Positions 1 through 11,363 are shown, numbered from the stretch's first letter. The stretch is DNA of 64,000 nucleotides from an uncultured delta proteobacterium (GCA_963769935.1 CAVYNY010000010.1:512001-576000); one strand, 5' to 3'. Translations and numbers: made by a program. Notes: a model not told the origin generated them from the letters alone.

Positions 1-857
1 TGCCGATCGACCCGATGCCCCTGAAAACGGATCGGCCGCTCAGTTTGCGCACCGCCGCCGTATTCAGGAACTCAGCGGCCTGATCACTTTGCTGGAAACC
101 GTCCAAGAAGATGACCGGCCGCTGGCGGAGTACCTGAAAGACAGCCGCACCGCGGGCGATTCGACATTCCAGGCGGATGGGGTGGTCGAATATGTCACCC
201 CGGCCCGGTTCATGCCATTTCCCTTTTGTCTGGATGCCCTGCTGCAGGTGGCCGCCATGAACCTGGAATTCTTTCATGTCCGCTTTCTTTTAGCCTGTTT
301 AATCGGATCAAACCGGCCAGCGGCTGTATGCCTGTGTGGCTGCAGGAAAAATTCTGGGTTTGATCTTTCTTGAGCCGAAAACAAATTTTTTAAAGCAAAG
401 TCTGGAAATAAAATATCTGGCGACCGTCGGCGGGCTCGCCCAAATTCTGCCGGATCCGCGGTTGAAAAAAGTTCGCGGGGTGGGCACCTTTCTGGTGGCC
501 GGCGCCTGGCTGCTCTGGAAAAGCTGTTTTCCGAAGGCCGGGGAATTGGTCCTGAGCGCCGAAATCGGCGCAACACGCTTTTACCGTTCCATCGGGTTTC
601 GTCGGCGCCGCCCCTTCGAATACGTACTCGAGGCGCCCGCGGGATTTTTGCTGCGCAGTATTCTGGTGATGGTCAACAACCTGTGCCAATCCCGCCGCCG
701 GGCTGCTCGCTGCGACCGGCGGCCTGATTGAATCACAGATCAGGCGCCTGCACAAAAAGCTCTCATGGACACGCGGCGCAGGTCCAGCGCAAGATGATTA
801 TTTGCTTTTTTAAAAGTTTGTCTGCAATCCCGCACCCACCCGATTTTAGCCGACCAG
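1..857 (+). CDS. GNAT-family acetyltransferase region, 5' partial and frameshifted; probably the N-terminal part of the downstream deacetylase ORF
   Basis: ORFs 89..373 and 336..731 can be joined by a frameshift near 305-310. The second has GNAT motif A (VRGVGTFLV) and motif B (ATRFYRSIGF). Further shifts near 690-800 lead into the frame of 858..2024. Confidence 0.6.
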
Positions 858-2024
858 TTGGTTCGGCATCTGTTCAAATACCGCACTAAATTACCCGAAG
901 CCGCGGACCTGCTGGATCTGGCGGCCGAGTCCGGATGGGTGCGATTGTATCGGGCGCCGCCGCCCAACGTTCAACCGCTGCTGGTGGCCTGCAGCGATCA
1001 GTTCACCCGCCACCTGGAAAACATTTTTCATCTGGAAAACGCCAAACGCATCCAGGCCGTTCAATCCGTCATGCAGCACCCGACGCTGGCCGGTAAATGG
1101 CAGGCGGTTGAACCGCGTCCGGCCTCAATCGAAGAGCTTGCCTGGGTGCACACGGCCGGGCACATCGAACGTATCGCAGCGACTGCCGGCAAGCCCCTGA
1201 GCGTCCTGGACCCGGACACCCAAACCAGCGAGCAATCCTATGAAGTTGCGCTTCTGGCAGTCGGCGCAGTATTCAATCTTCTGGATGCCGTCTGCTCCGG
1301 CAGCGGAAAACGAGGATTTGCATGCATCCGCCCTCCGGGGCACCATGCCGAACCGGACAGGGCCATGGGATTTTGTCTGTTTAACAACGCGGCCCTGGGC
1401 GCCCGTTACCTGCAACGGCGCTGCGCCGTCGAGCGCGTCATGATTGTCGACATCGATGCCCATCACGGCAACGGCACCCAGGCCGCGTTTTATGACAACA
1501 ATGACGTCCTTTATGTGTCCCTGCATCGATTTCCGGGATTTCCGGGCACCGGCAATTTCGGCGAGGTCGGCTGCGGCCGGGGCGAAGGCTTCACGGTCAA
1601 TGTGCCGCTCGGCGGCGGTCAGGTCGACCGAGACTTTATCGAAATCATTTACTACCTGGTCCACCCGCTGGCGCGTCACTTTAAGCCCGGCATGATCTTG
1701 GTGTCCTGCGGCTTTGATCTTTACCTGCACGACCGCCTGGGGGGCATGCGCGCCACACCCGAAGGTTATGCCCTGCTGAGCGCGCTGCTGGTGGACATTG
1801 CCGAGCAGGTATGCGGCGGGCGCATCCTTTTTATCCTGGAAGGCGGCTACAGCATCAAGGGAATTCAAGAGTGCGGCCTGTACCTGCTGCAGGAGCTTTG
1901 CAGTGTGTCGCCCGTCCGCCGCGACAAGCTGAATCAAATCATCACCAATCCCCGGCCCAAACTCGCGCCATTAATAAAAGCCATCCAGATCCAGCAGCGC
2001 TACTGGCCGACCTTGATCGCTTGA
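858..2024 (+). CDS. Histone deacetylase / AcuC-family Zn-dependent deacetylase
   Basis: Motifs RPPGHHA, GFC, DIDAHHGNGTQ, SCGFD and LEGGY are all intact. The TTG start has no clear RBS, so the true start is probably upstream. Confidence 0.93.
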   Translation: MVRHLFKYRTKLPEAADLLDLAAESGWVRLYRAPPPNVQPLLVACSDQFTRHLENIFHLENAKRIQAVQSVMQHPTLAGKWQAVEPRPASIEELAWVHTAGHIERIAATAGKPLSVLDPDTQTSEQSYEVALLAVGAVFNLLDAVCSGSGKRGFACIRPPGHHAEPDRAMGFCLFNNAALGARYLQRRCAVERVMIVDIDAHHGNGTQAAFYDNNDVLYVSLHRFPGFPGTGNFGEVGCGRGEGFTVNVPLGGGQVDRDFIEIIYYLVHPLARHFKPGMILVSCGFDLYLHDRLGGMRATPEGYALLSALLVDIAEQVCGGRILFILEGGYSIKGIQECGLYLLQELCSVSPVRRDKLNQIITNPRPKLAPLIKAIQIQQRYWPTLIA

Positions 2025-2163
2025 AGTGAAAACTTTAATACCCAGCCCTGTAACCTGCCGGTTGACACCCCTCCCATTGCCTTTGACGGGAATCTGAAAA
2101 AAAACTGAAATAATTCTAGTCTGTTATCCTGAATTTAGATCAATTCCCCCGACCGAAAAGTAA

Positions 2164-2179
2164 TGGCATGGTTCTTGAG
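2164..2179 (+). promoter_or_regulatory. Possible sigma54 promoter (degenerate -12)
   Basis: TGGCATGGTTCTTGAG resembles TGGCAC-N5-TTGC but has GA instead of GC at -12; lies upstream of the kinase operon. Confidence 0.35.
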
Positions 2180-2239
2180 TAAGTAGAGGATGACCGGCAG
2201 CGGCCTTGGCGTACAAGTGAGCTCTTATGGCCGGGTTGA

Positions 2240-2810
2240 GGTTTCAGGTGTCAGCGCCGCCGCCGGCCAAAACAACGGCCGGTCTGATCGAAAAAGAAAC
2301 ATAATAGTTCACCGCAGAGCCCGCCGAGAAAGAAAAGTTAAATTAATCTCTGCGCTCTCTGCGGTGAGACACTTCGTAAAATTGGCATCGAATTTAAGGA
2401 AGTTTCATATGAGGTGTCAGCAGCTCCGCTGACTGCCGAAGCGGCCAGTTTGTCGAGGAGGAGACTTAAATTTTCACCGCAGAGAAAGACTGAAAAGGCA
2501 TTGCTGGCAGGTCGAAAAATGAAAGATGTTAATGGCTGGTGGGAGTGGTTTTTAACCACGATTTCCGATGTTGACCCGACCGAGTTAATCGCGGTTGCAT
2601 CCAGCCCGTAGGGCTTACGCCCCGGAGTGAAAACCGCTCCCACAAGATCCTTAAACGGTCATCAGGTTCCAAAAAATTAGTGGTTCTTTCCATTTTTAAA
2701 GGGAAGTTAGAGGGGATTTCGTCTTCGATCAAACTGGCCGCTTTTCTGGCCAGAGGCGGAGCTGACACCCGAAACCTGACACCTGACACCTTAACCCTGA
2801 AACCTGAAAC
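2240..2810. repeat. Composite nested palindromic repeat element
   Basis: ~60-bp imperfect inverted repeats at 2240-2300 and 2715-2776 enclose a CACCGCAGAG..CTCTGCGGTG hairpin and a REP-like unit (2539-2643). The element ends in a CCTGA(C/A)A heptamer run. Its modules recur at 34150-34447. Confidence 0.8.
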
Positions 2811-2831
2811 CAACACAAAGGTGATTTACCC

Positions 2832-4628
2832 ATGGAAACCCGGACAGCAACCCCCAACGGCAGCCGCGAGAGCAGCACCGGTGAGTGGCGCAAGAAATAC
2901 TACTCGCGTTTGTTCCGCAAATTCGTTCTTTTAACCGTCTTCTGTTCGCTGACGCCGCTGCTGCTGGTGGGGTGGGGCATAAACATTTATTACACGCGCT
3001 TCGCCAGGGAGCGCATGCTGAATGATCTGCAGACCGAGGTAGCACACCATCGTAAAATTATCGAACTTTTTTTAGCCGAGCACAGCTCAAAGCTGCGTCT
3101 TATCGCCCATTCCCATTCGAAAATCGATTTAACCCGGATTTCGAACCTCACCGGCATTTTCGATATGATCAACCGCGATTACTGGGCCATCACCGACCTG
3201 GGCATCATCGATGCCGACGGCCGGCATCTGGCCTACATCGGTCCCTATGATTTAATGAGCAAAAATTATTCCGAGGCGGTCTGGTTCAAAGAGGTCATGC
3301 AAAAGGATATCTACATCAGCGACATGTTCATGGGATTCCGCCAGGAGCCTCATTTTATCATCGCGGTAACGCGCCTGGAAAACGGTGCCAAGTGGATTTT
3401 ACGCGCCACCGTCAATACGGAGGTCTTTCGCTCCCTGGTCGAAAATGTCCGCATCGGAAAAACCGGTCAAGTGTACCTGCTCAACCGCGAAGGCTATTTT
3501 CAAACCACTCCTCGCTTCCAGGGAAAAATAATGGAAAAGGCGCCCTACCCCATCGAAGCCTACCAGCCGGGCATGCGCGTCAGAGTTCTGGCAGCGCAAA
3601 ACGGAGACGCCTCCGGAAGCCGGCCGCGTCAAATCGTATGCGAAACATGGCTTGAGAACCCAAAGTGGCTGCTGGTGGTCAGGCAAAATTATGCCGAAGC
3701 TTTCAATGACGTCAATCACGCCAACTATGCCATCCTGATCTTTCTTCACCTCAGCGCACTGACCATTCTGGTGGTCGCGATTCTGATTACCCGGCATATG
3801 ATTTCTGTAATCAAAAATCGCGACCGGGAAGCCGACCAGCTGAGCCGGCAGCTCTTGCAGACAGGAAAGCTGGCGGCTATCGGCCAGCTGTCGGCCGGCG
3901 TGGCGCACGAAATCAACAACCCGCTGGCCATTGTGCTGACCGAAAGGCAGCTTTTGCTGGACGCCGCCGAACGACATCAGATTCAAAGCCGGGAGTTTGA
4001 GATCCAATTTGAAGATTCCATGAACCAAATCGATGTGCAGGTGCAGCGCTGCAAACGCATCACCCACAATTTGCTCAGATTTTCCCGCCGGACGGAATCC
4101 CTTCTGGAAACGGTGGATATCAATCAGTTTATCAGGGAAGTCATCGAGCTGATGGAGCGCGAGGCGCGGGCCGACGGAATTAAATTCCAGGTGGACCTGG
4201 ACGAGTCGCTGCGGCCGTTGGTTTCCGATATTTCCCAGCTTCAGCAGGTTTTTTTAAATATCATTACCAATGCCATTGACGCCCACGACGGCAAACCCTA
4301 CGGTGCCATCCGCATTAAAACCAGGGCCGGCAAAAACAACGACGGGGTGTCGATTTCATTCAGTGACAGCGGTTCGGGCATTGCGCCTGAAAATTTAGAT
4401 AAAATATTTGACCCGTTTTTTACCACCAAACCCGTGGGCAAGGGCACCGGCTTGGGTTTATCGATCTGTTACAGCATCATGAAACAGCTGGGCGGACACA
4501 TTGCCGTGCAAAGTGAAGTCGGCAAGGGATCTGAATTTACGCTGTTTATTCCCGACAATCCGCCCACACAACTACGGGAAGACATGGCCAATGCGCAGGG
4601 AGCGCAGTTGGCGGCAATGTCATTCTAA
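2832..4628 (+). CDS. Membrane sensor histidine kinase (Cache-type sensor, NtrB-like HisKA/HATPase)
   Basis: Two TM helices, H-box AHEINNPL, N-box [10 protein letters not shown]-boxes DSGSGI and GKGTGLGL. Confidence 0.95.
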   Translation: METRTATPNGSRESSTGEWRKKYYSRLFRKFVLLTVFCSLTPLLLVGWGINIYYTRFARERMLNDLQTEVAHHRKIIELFLAEHSSKLRLIAHSHSKIDLTRISNLTGIFDMINRDYWAITDLGIIDADGRHLAYIGPYDLMSKNYSEAVWFKEVMQKDIYISDMFMGFRQEPHFIIAVTRLENGAKWILRATVNTEVFRSLVENVRIGKTGQVYLLNREGYFQTTPRFQGKIMEKAPYPIEAYQPGMRVRVLAAQNGDASGSRPRQIVCETWLENPKWLLVVRQNYAEAFNDVNHANYAILIFLHLSALTILVVAILITRHMISVIKNRDREADQLSRQLLQTGKLAAIGQLSAGVAHEINNPLAIVLTERQLLLDAAERHQIQSREFEIQFEDSMNQIDVQVQRCKRITHNLLRFSRRTESLLETVDINQFIREVIELMEREARADGIKFQVDLDESLRPLVSDISQLQQVFLNIITNAIDAHDGKPYGAIRIKTRAGKNNDGVSISFSDSGSGIAPENLDKIFDPFFTTKPVGKGTGLGLSICYSIMKQLGGHIAVQSEVGKGSEFTLFIPDNPPTQLREDMANAQGAQLAAMSF

Positions 4629-4640
4629 AGGAGGAACACC

Positions 4641-5099
4641 ATGATAGGATCAAAAATTTTGCTGGTCGATGATGAAGTCGTATTTACCCAGAATATGGCA
4701 AAGCTGCTGTCCAACCGGGGATATGCCGTCACGGTGGTCAACAACGGGGATGCTGCGATTCGAGCACTGGAGGAAAAGGATTTTGACGTGGTGGTGCTGG
4801 ACCTCAAGATGCCCGGCAGGGACGGTATCACGACCCTGAGGGAAATCAAAAAACTCGGTCTGCTCACCCAAACGCTGATTCTGACCGGGCACGGCTCGAT
4901 CGATACCGCCCTGGAGGCGATCAAGATAGGGGCCTATGACTATCTCACCAAGCCGTGTGAAATTGACGAACTCATCGGCAAAATTGAAGGCGCTTGGGAA
5001 AAAAAAGACGGTGAAGTAAAGAAAGACATCCAGGAAAAGATCCAGAAAGTGGTGGAATCGCCCCAGGATGTATTCGACCTGTTTCCGAAGAAAAAATGA
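4641..5099 (+). CDS. Stand-alone response regulator receiver protein
   Basis: LLVDDE, DLKMPG, TGHG and YLTKP motifs; no output domain; AGGAGG RBS. Confidence 0.93.
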   Translation: MIGSKILLVDDEVVFTQNMAKLLSNRGYAVTVVNNGDAAIRALEEKDFDVVVLDLKMPGRDGITTLREIKKLGLLTQTLILTGHGSIDTALEAIKIGAYDYLTKPCEIDELIGKIEGAWEKKDGEVKKDIQEKIQKVVESPQDVFDLFPKKK

Positions 5100-5243
5100 G
5101 AACCGGCGATTGGGGGCCTATATTTACAAACTGTAAAAAATATCGACAGGCACCGCCGGCCGGAATCCATCCTGAGATCGGCTACGTTTTGACATATCAA
5201 ATTAATCAGGCATGTTACAGCGATATTCGTTCGACCCGCCGGT

Positions 5244-5259
5244 TGGCATATAACTTGCG
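5244..5259 (+). promoter_or_regulatory. Sigma54 (-24/-12) promoter
   Basis: TGGCATATAACTTGCG fits GG-N10-GC and lies ~115 bp upstream of the second kinase. Confidence 0.65.
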
Positions 5260-5374
5260 ATCTATGGACTCAAAATTTCATCCGGTGCCAAACGATTTGA
5301 TTGGTCCCGGATCGCCTCCCCAATCTGCGGTCTGTCAATCAGAGGGGTAACGACAGCATTAATTATAGCAAATT

Positions 5375-7063
5375 ATGAAATCGAATCCATACGGCGCGCT
5401 TAAAAAGACGATTTTGACCTGTATGATCCTGGTGCCTTTCATCCCATTCATTCTGGCGCTGGGCATCGGCTACTACAATTTTGCCGCTTCGCTGGAAAAC
5501 AATGCCACCACCGGCATGCACCGCATCGTGCGCGACCATCGCCAGATGATCGAATCATTTCTGATGGAAAGAAAAGCGGATCTGGAATTCATTCTCAACA
5601 CCCACGGTTTTGAAGAGCTGCGCCGGCCGGAAAACATTGAACGTGTTTTTGAAAATTTGCAGAAGGAATCACCGGCCTTCGTGGATCTGGGAATTTTCGA
5701 CGAAAACGGTCTGCATGTGGCCTATATCGGACCCTATCAGCTGTCGGGCAAGGATTATCACGAGGCTCCCTGGTTTAAAGCAGTGATCAAAAACGGGTTT
5801 TTTATCAGCAATGTGTTTCTCGGCTACCGGCAGGTGCCGCATTTTGTGATCGCCGTCGCTCAGACAGCCCAAGATCGCCCGTGGGTTATCCGCGCCACCA
5901 TCGACAGCCACATTTTCAATGATCTGGTCAAAAATGTCCGGATCGGTAAAACCGGCGAGGCCTACCTGCTGGATGCCCAGGGCATTTTTCAAACAGATCG
6001 GCGCTCCGGCGGAATCGTGATGCACCAGGATCCGGATCGCCTGAAGTACGGTCCGGTTCTTGCGGGGATCAAAACATTTATTGATACCGATGCCTTGGGG
6101 GAAACCTATCTGTATGCGACCACCTGGCTCAAAGACAACAGCTGGCTGTTGGTGGCTCGCCAGGAGAAAGCCGATGCCTTTCATGCCCTGCGCCGGGCCG
6201 CCTATCTGATCGGGTTGATCAGTATTCTGGGAGGCGCCGGAATTATCGCCGTGGCCTTCTTTGTGACCGGCCTCATCGTCCGCCGCATGGAACGTACGGA
6301 CCGGGAAAAAAATCAACTGGGGGAGCAGCTCATCCGGGCCGGCCGGCTGGCCGAAATCGGGGAGATGGCCGCCGGGTTTGCCCATGAAATCAACAATCCG
6401 CTTCAGATCATCAAAAGCGAACACGCCCTGGCGGAAATGATTCTGACCGATCTGAAAAGCAAGGGCCAGTTGACGCCATCCGAAGATTTGACGGACCTGG
6501 AAGATTCCATCGATCAGATTAAACGCCAGGTGGACCGCTGCGCGGAAGTCACCCAGGCGATTCTGAAATTTGGTCGCAAAGGAGAACCCGTATCCCAGGC
6601 CATCGATCTGGGCGGCCTTATTCCGGATGTCGTCGGGATGGTCACCCGGAAAGCCGAGGTGCACGGCATCACCATCAAACATCAAATCGCCGCGGATATT
6701 CCCGCCGTCTACGGCGACCCCCGACATCTCCAACAGGTGCTGGTGAATCTGCTCAACAACGCCATCGATGCCGCCATCGAACGCCACGGGACTTCAGGGG
6801 GCGAAATCCGGATCGAGTCCGCCCCTTCCGCGAAAAACCGTCATGTGGAAATCAAGGTGTGCGACAACGGCAGCGGCATCAGCACGGAAAACCTGGAAAA
6901 AATTTTTACCCCCTTTTTTACGACCAAGCCGGTCGGCAAGGGAACAGGACTCGGGCTATCGGTATGCTACGGCATTATCCAAAAGATGGACGGGGACATG
7001 GCGGTTGCCAGCCAGGAAAACGTCGGCACGACATTTACCATCCGGCTGCCCTCAATGGGCTAG
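5375..7063 (+). CDS. Membrane sensor histidine kinase (paralog of 2832..4628)
   Basis: [32 protein letters not shown]; Cache-like segment AYIGPY..VRIGKTG shared with the first kinase. Confidence 0.95.
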   Translation: MKSNPYGALKKTILTCMILVPFIPFILALGIGYYNFAASLENNATTGMHRIVRDHRQMIESFLMERKADLEFILNTHGFEELRRPENIERVFENLQKESPAFVDLGIFDENGLHVAYIGPYQLSGKDYHEAPWFKAVIKNGFFISNVFLGYRQVPHFVIAVAQTAQDRPWVIRATIDSHIFNDLVKNVRIGKTGEAYLLDAQGIFQTDRRSGGIVMHQDPDRLKYGPVLAGIKTFIDTDALGETYLYATTWLKDNSWLLVARQEKADAFHALRRAAYLIGLISILGGAGIIAVAFFVTGLIVRRMERTDREKNQLGEQLIRAGRLAEIGEMAAGFAHEINNPLQIIKSEHALAEMILTDLKSKGQLTPSEDLTDLEDSIDQIKRQVDRCAEVTQAILKFGRKGEPVSQAIDLGGLIPDVVGMVTRKAEVHGITIKHQIAADIPAVYGDPRHLQQVLVNLLNNAIDAAIERHGTSGGEIRIESAPSAKNRHVEIKVCDNGSGISTENLEKIFTPFFTTKPVGKGTGLGLSVCYGIIQKMDGDMAVASQENVGTTFTIRLPSMG

Positions 7064-7244
7064 TATGGGTGCTTAACAAGGCGACATCGACTATTTGTTG
7101 TTGATGTTGATGATGAGGTTGCATTTTAACGTTATGAATGGACTCGAAGTGAAAATGACTAATCCGCCTAAAAAATGGCGGGCAAGAATGAGCTAATCCG
7201 CCTGTGGTGGACTATCGTTTTTAAATAGACAGAATACCGCAAAT

Positions 7245-7272
7245 ATTCAATCTTCAATCTTCAATTTTCAAT
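7245..7272. repeat. Heptamer tandem array (TTCAATC)n
   Basis: attcaatcttcaatcttcaattttcaat immediately before the RBS of the next gene. Confidence 0.75.
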
Positions 7273-7292
7273 GAACAAGTAGGGAGTTTACC

Positions 7293-7754
7293 ATGGAAAA
7301 AATGAAAATATTGCTGGTGGACGATGAACAACGCTTTCTGGCCACCACCCAAAAGCTGCTGGCCAAAAAAGGGATCGATGCGGTCACCGCTGCCGGCGGA
7401 GCAGAAGCCCTGGACATCTTAAACAGCCGGAGCATCCACGTCGTCATCCTGGATGTTAAAATGCCGGGGATGGACGGCAATGAAACCTTAAAGGAAATTA
7501 AAACACGGTTTCCGCTGGTGGAGGTCATCATGTTGACCGGCCATGCCACGGTGGACTCCGCCATCGACGGCTTGAAATCCGGCGCCACCGATTATCTGAT
7601 GAAGCCGACCGGTATCGATGAACTGATCGAGAAAGCTACGGAGGCTTTTGAAAAAAGGCAGCGCCTGGAGGAAAAAATACGGTTGGCCCAGGCTCGGCAG
7701 TTCATGAAATCGCCGCGGGAAATTTTAAAAGGGGCTGGGAACCTGGAAAGTTGA
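7293..7754 (+). CDS. Stand-alone response regulator receiver protein
   Basis: LLVDDE, DVKMPG, TGHA and YLMKP motifs. Confidence 0.93.
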   Translation: MEKMKILLVDDEQRFLATTQKLLAKKGIDAVTAAGGAEALDILNSRSIHVVILDVKMPGMDGNETLKEIKTRFPLVEVIMLTGHATVDSAIDGLKSGATDYLMKPTGIDELIEKATEAFEKRQRLEEKIRLAQARQFMKSPREILKGAGNLES

Positions 7755-7768
7755 GAAAAGAGGATATT

Positions 7769-9622
7769 ATGGCAGAACGGACCAAAATCAAAGCGACCGG
7801 TTATGACAAGTACGTCAATTGGAAAATATTTTTCATCCCTGTGACCCTCCTGTTCGTTATTTTACTGATGCCCACACCCTACGGCATGCAGGATGTCGGT
7901 ACCGAATACAAAGTCGGGCCCAGGGCGGTTGTCAATTTTCTCACGGAAACACTGTTCAGCAAAAAGAGCGGGTCAGCCGAACAATGGGAACTGGCTTGCG
8001 CCCAAATCATGGAACAAAACATGCAGATGGGTGCGTTGGGGAAAAAGGGTTTCCTGAAGCGCAATTTAAAATGGGCGCAGAGCTACGGCATCCCCGTCGA
8101 CAAGGAAAATTTTGACAAAGCCATGGCCTTTGTCAAAGAGCGTATCAGCGATGAGGATTACCTGGCAACCATGCAAAAAGCCCTGACGCTGCGCAAAGAC
8201 GGCCTTAAATACGAAGAACTTTCCGCCCAGGACCGGCCGGCGGCCGACAAGGGCGCCTGGCATATCAAAGTCGCCATGGCCATGGTGGTTTTCGTCGCCA
8301 TCTGTTTTTTAACGGAGTGCATTCCCCTGCCCGGTGTGGCCTTTTGTGTCGGCTTGCTGCTGGTATTTACCGGTGTGGTTTCGCGCAAAGAAGTCGCCAT
8401 GCTCTACTGGGACGATGCCGTCTGGTTTATTATGGGCAGCCTCATGTTTGCCGCCGCCTTCGTAAAAACCGGCGTGGACAAGCGCGTGTGTCTGATGATG
8501 TTCAGCAAGCTCGCCGTCCCCAACGTACGCTGGATCACCCTGATTTTTTTTGCCATCATCAGTCCGCTGGCGGCGTTTATCTCCGACCATGCGCTGGCCG
8601 CGATGTTTCTGCCCATCGGCATGCTCCTGTATCAGAACAGTTTGACCCGCGAGGTTCCCGAAGATCCCGAGCTGGGCAAAATGCTGATGATTTCCATTGC
8701 CATGGCCTGCAATATCGGGGGTCCCGGGGCCCCGTCGGGAGGAGCCCGCAACGTAATTATGATGACGTACCTGAACGATATGTTCGGCATGGATATCGGC
8801 TATTTTCAGTGGGTCGTCTACTGTTTTCCCTATGTGATCGTCATGATTCCCCTGACCTGGTTTTTCGTCAACTGGCGGTTTAAACCCAAAATTCATTCTC
8901 TGGCGCCGGCCATGATCCAGCTGAAACGTGAAATCGATAAAATGGGCGGCTGGAACCGGCGGCAGATTTCGGCCCTGATAATATTTGTGCTGATGGTCTT
9001 CGGCTGGTTCACGGAAAAGACCTTTTACGAAATGGGCATATTGCCGGTGCGTCTGGGAATCGGTGTGATTGCCATGGCCGGTGCCGTAGCGTATTTGTTT
9101 GCCGGCGTCACCAATTGGAGAGATTATCAGGAAAAAGTGGATTGGGGCGTGATCTGGTTGTATGCCGGGGCGATAATTTTCGGCCGAATTCTGGACAGTA
9201 CTGGAGCAGCCTACTGGCTGGCACGCTCCGTTCTGGAGGTCCTGGCACCTTTGGGCATGAATTCCGGCATTCCCCTGCTGGCCACCTCCAACGGCCTGAC
9301 CGCCGTCATCACCAATCTGATGGCCGATGGGCCGGCTGCCGCGGCTGTCGGTCCGATTACACTCAACATGGCCGGGCTGGCGCATCCGGGCACTTCTTTT
9401 CTGCCGTTTATGTCAATGAGCACCGCCATTGCTTCGTCATTCGCCTATTGCCTGATTATCGGCACCCCGCCCAACGCCATCGTATATGCCAGCGGCTACC
9501 TGGAACCCAAGGATTTTTTGCGGGTCGGCCTGCCGCTGTGGATTGTGGCCAACGTGCTTTTGGTATTGATAAGCGCGATTTTCTGGCAAATGATGGGCTT
9601 TGGCGATTTGCCGATTTTTTAA
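7769..9622 (+). CDS. SLC13/DASS family anion:sodium symporter (sulfate or di/tricarboxylate)
   Basis: Many TM helices, GTPPNAIVY and VDWGVIWLYAG motifs; ATG at 7769 after AGAGGA. Confidence 0.9.
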   Translation: MAERTKIKATGYDKYVNWKIFFIPVTLLFVILLMPTPYGMQDVGTEYKVGPRAVVNFLTETLFSKKSGSAEQWELACAQIMEQNMQMGALGKKGFLKRNLKWAQSYGIPVDKENFDKAMAFVKERISDEDYLATMQKALTLRKDGLKYEELSAQDRPAADKGAWHIKVAMAMVVFVAICFLTECIPLPGVAFCVGLLLVFTGVVSRKEVAMLYWDDAVWFIMGSLMFAAAFVKTGVDKRVCLMMFSKLAVPNVRWITLIFFAIISPLAAFISDHALAAMFLPIGMLLYQNSLTREVPEDPELGKMLMISIAMACNIGGPGAPSGGARNVIMMTYLNDMFGMDIGYFQWVVYCFPYVIVMIPLTWFFVNWRFKPKIHSLAPAMIQLKREIDKMGGWNRRQISALIIFVLMVFGWFTEKTFYEMGILPVRLGIGVIAMAGAVAYLFAGVTNWRDYQEKVDWGVIWLYAGAIIFGRILDSTGAAYWLARSVLEVLAPLGMNSGIPLLATSNGLTAVITNLMADGPAAAAVGPITLNMAGLAHPGTSFLPFMSMSTAIASSFAYCLIIGTPPNAIVYASGYLEPKDFLRVGLPLWIVANVLLVLISAIFWQMMGFGDLPIF

Positions 9623-9649
9623 TCGGTATGCAACATTAAGGAGCAGAAC

Positions 9650-9814
9650 ATGAAACAAAAAAGCGCCGCTGCGAGTCCGCCGCAAAACGAGGCTCTGCTT
9701 CATTTCAGAGAAGGCAAAATCTATTTCAGCCGTCAAACCGAGCGCAGGTTTTTCTTTGCCCTGACGGTCATGATGCTGATTCTCGGGCTTTGCTTTAAGC
9801 TGGGAATCTTTTGA
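9650..9814 (+). CDS. Small membrane protein (54 aa), not in the ORF track
   Basis: AAGGAG RBS and ATG at 9650; MKQKSAA...FFFALTVMMLILGLCFKLGIF, with one C-terminal TM helix; fills the operon gap. Confidence 0.7.
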   Translation: MKQKSAAASPPQNEALLHFREGKIYFSRQTERRFFFALTVMMLILGLCFKLGIF

Positions 9815-9828
9815 GAGGTTTCAGAAAA

Positions 9829-10350
9829 ATGCCGGTCAATGAAGCACTCACGTTCCGATTTTATTTTGGCACCTTGACTCACCTGTTGAGGCATCCCCGT
9901 GAATTTTTCAGCGAGCTTCCCGGCGAGGTCGGAATGGGCCGGGCCTGCGGATTTTTATTCGTATCCGCCGTGGTATTCACCGCAGCCGGTCTGCTGCGCA
10001 ATGGATGGACCCAGCCGCTGGTCGCCGGCGGCATCCAGCTGTTGAATGCCGTCGGCCTGACCTTTATTTTGGCGGCCCTGGGCTGGATGGTCATGCGTCT
10101 GACAGCGCCCAAAAAGGTGGCGTTTGTAAGATTGTTCAGCATTTATGCCTTTGCTTCCGGGGCGGCGCTGCTGGCGGCCTGGGTGCCCTATTTTGTGATA
10201 CTCACCGAACCCTGGAAATGGTGGCTGATCGGCACCGGCATGATCAGAAGCTGCGGCCTTAAACCGGGGCAGGCGCTGGTGGTGATCGGATTGTCCGCCG
10301 GCCTCTGGACGCTGTTTGTGTGGGCCGTCCTACCGCCAAGCGTCCCCTGA
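9829..10350 (+). CDS. YIP1-like membrane protein
   Basis: LLRHPREFF N-terminal motif followed by ~5 TM segments. Confidence 0.65.
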   Translation: MPVNEALTFRFYFGTLTHLLRHPREFFSELPGEVGMGRACGFLFVSAVVFTAAGLLRNGWTQPLVAGGIQLLNAVGLTFILAALGWMVMRLTAPKKVAFVRLFSIYAFASGAALLAAWVPYFVILTEPWKWWLIGTGMIRSCGLKPGQALVVIGLSAGLWTLFVWAVLPPSVP

Positions 10351-10460
10351 CCGGCGGTACCCAGGCAAGCGGATATCGGCCGGGTTTGAGCATTGATTTT
10401 TCCACGGTGGCGTGTGACGATTAAACGCGATAACGGATCAAGGAAAAGGAAGAAGATAAG

Positions 10461-11363
10461 ATGAGCAAAAAAATTAGAGTTTTGATGGTCGACGATGAGG
10501 AAAAGTTTCGATCGACCACCAAAAAAATTCTCGATCGACGCGGATTCGACACCCTGGTTGCGGCCAGCGGTGAAGAAGCCCTTGAAAAGCTGAAGGAAAG
10601 TCCGGATGTCGTGGTTATGGATGTCAAGATGCCCGGCATGGACGGCCATCAGACGCTTCATGAAATGAAGAAGCGCACCCCCGCCACCCCGGTAATCATG
10701 CTCACCGGCCATGGAGCGCTGCCCTCCGCCAAAGAAGCGCTCGAACAAGGTGCCTTCGATTACCTGACGAAACCCTGCGACATCGATATACTGGCAGCTA
10801 AAATCACCGATGCCTTCCGGCACCGGAAACCGGCCGAAGAAATTAAGGAGAAAACCGTCGCGGATGTCATGATCCCGATAGCGGATTACACCACCGTAAA
10901 TCAGAACAGCACCGTCGGTGAAGCCATTGACAAACTGCGCGAATCATTCTTCTCCCGGGAAGCCACCAGCCGCATTATGGAAACCGGTCACCGCTCCATC
11001 ATGGTATTCGACGACCAGGGGGATGTCATCGGCATCCTGGCCATTATCGATCTGCTCGACGCTGTCATGCCGGGGTATCTCAGCGCGCCCAAGCCTTCGA
11101 CGGCGGACAGCATCCAATATTCGCCCATGTTCTGGAGCGGCATGTTCACCAGAGAGATCCGGAAAATTGCCGCCCAAAAGATTTCCGATGTAATGTCCCC
11201 GGCTCCCCTGACGATCAGCGCCGAAGCCAATCTCATGGAGGCCGCCTATGCCATGGTGGCCAATAAAAAAAGACGCCTGGCAGTTGAGCAGTCCGATAGG
11301 ATCATCGGCATCATCCGGGAGCAGGACCTGTTCTTTGAAATCGATAGAATTCTGCGCGAGTAA
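10461..11363 (+). CDS. Response regulator with C-terminal CBS domain pair
   Basis: REC motifs (VDDE, DVKMPG, TGHG, KP), then CBS signatures VADVMIP and ISDVMSP..IIGIIREQDL. Confidence 0.9.
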   Translation: MSKKIRVLMVDDEEKFRSTTKKILDRRGFDTLVAASGEEALEKLKESPDVVVMDVKMPGMDGHQTLHEMKKRTPATPVIMLTGHGALPSAKEALEQGAFDYLTKPCDIDILAAKITDAFRHRKPAEEIKEKTVADVMIPIADYTTVNQNSTVGEAIDKLRESFFSREATSRIMETGHRSIMVFDDQGDVIGILAIIDLLDAVMPGYLSAPKPSTADSIQYSPMFWSGMFTREIRKIAAQKISDVMSPAPLTISAEANLMEAAYAMVANKKRRLAVEQSDRIIGIIREQDLFFEIDRILRE

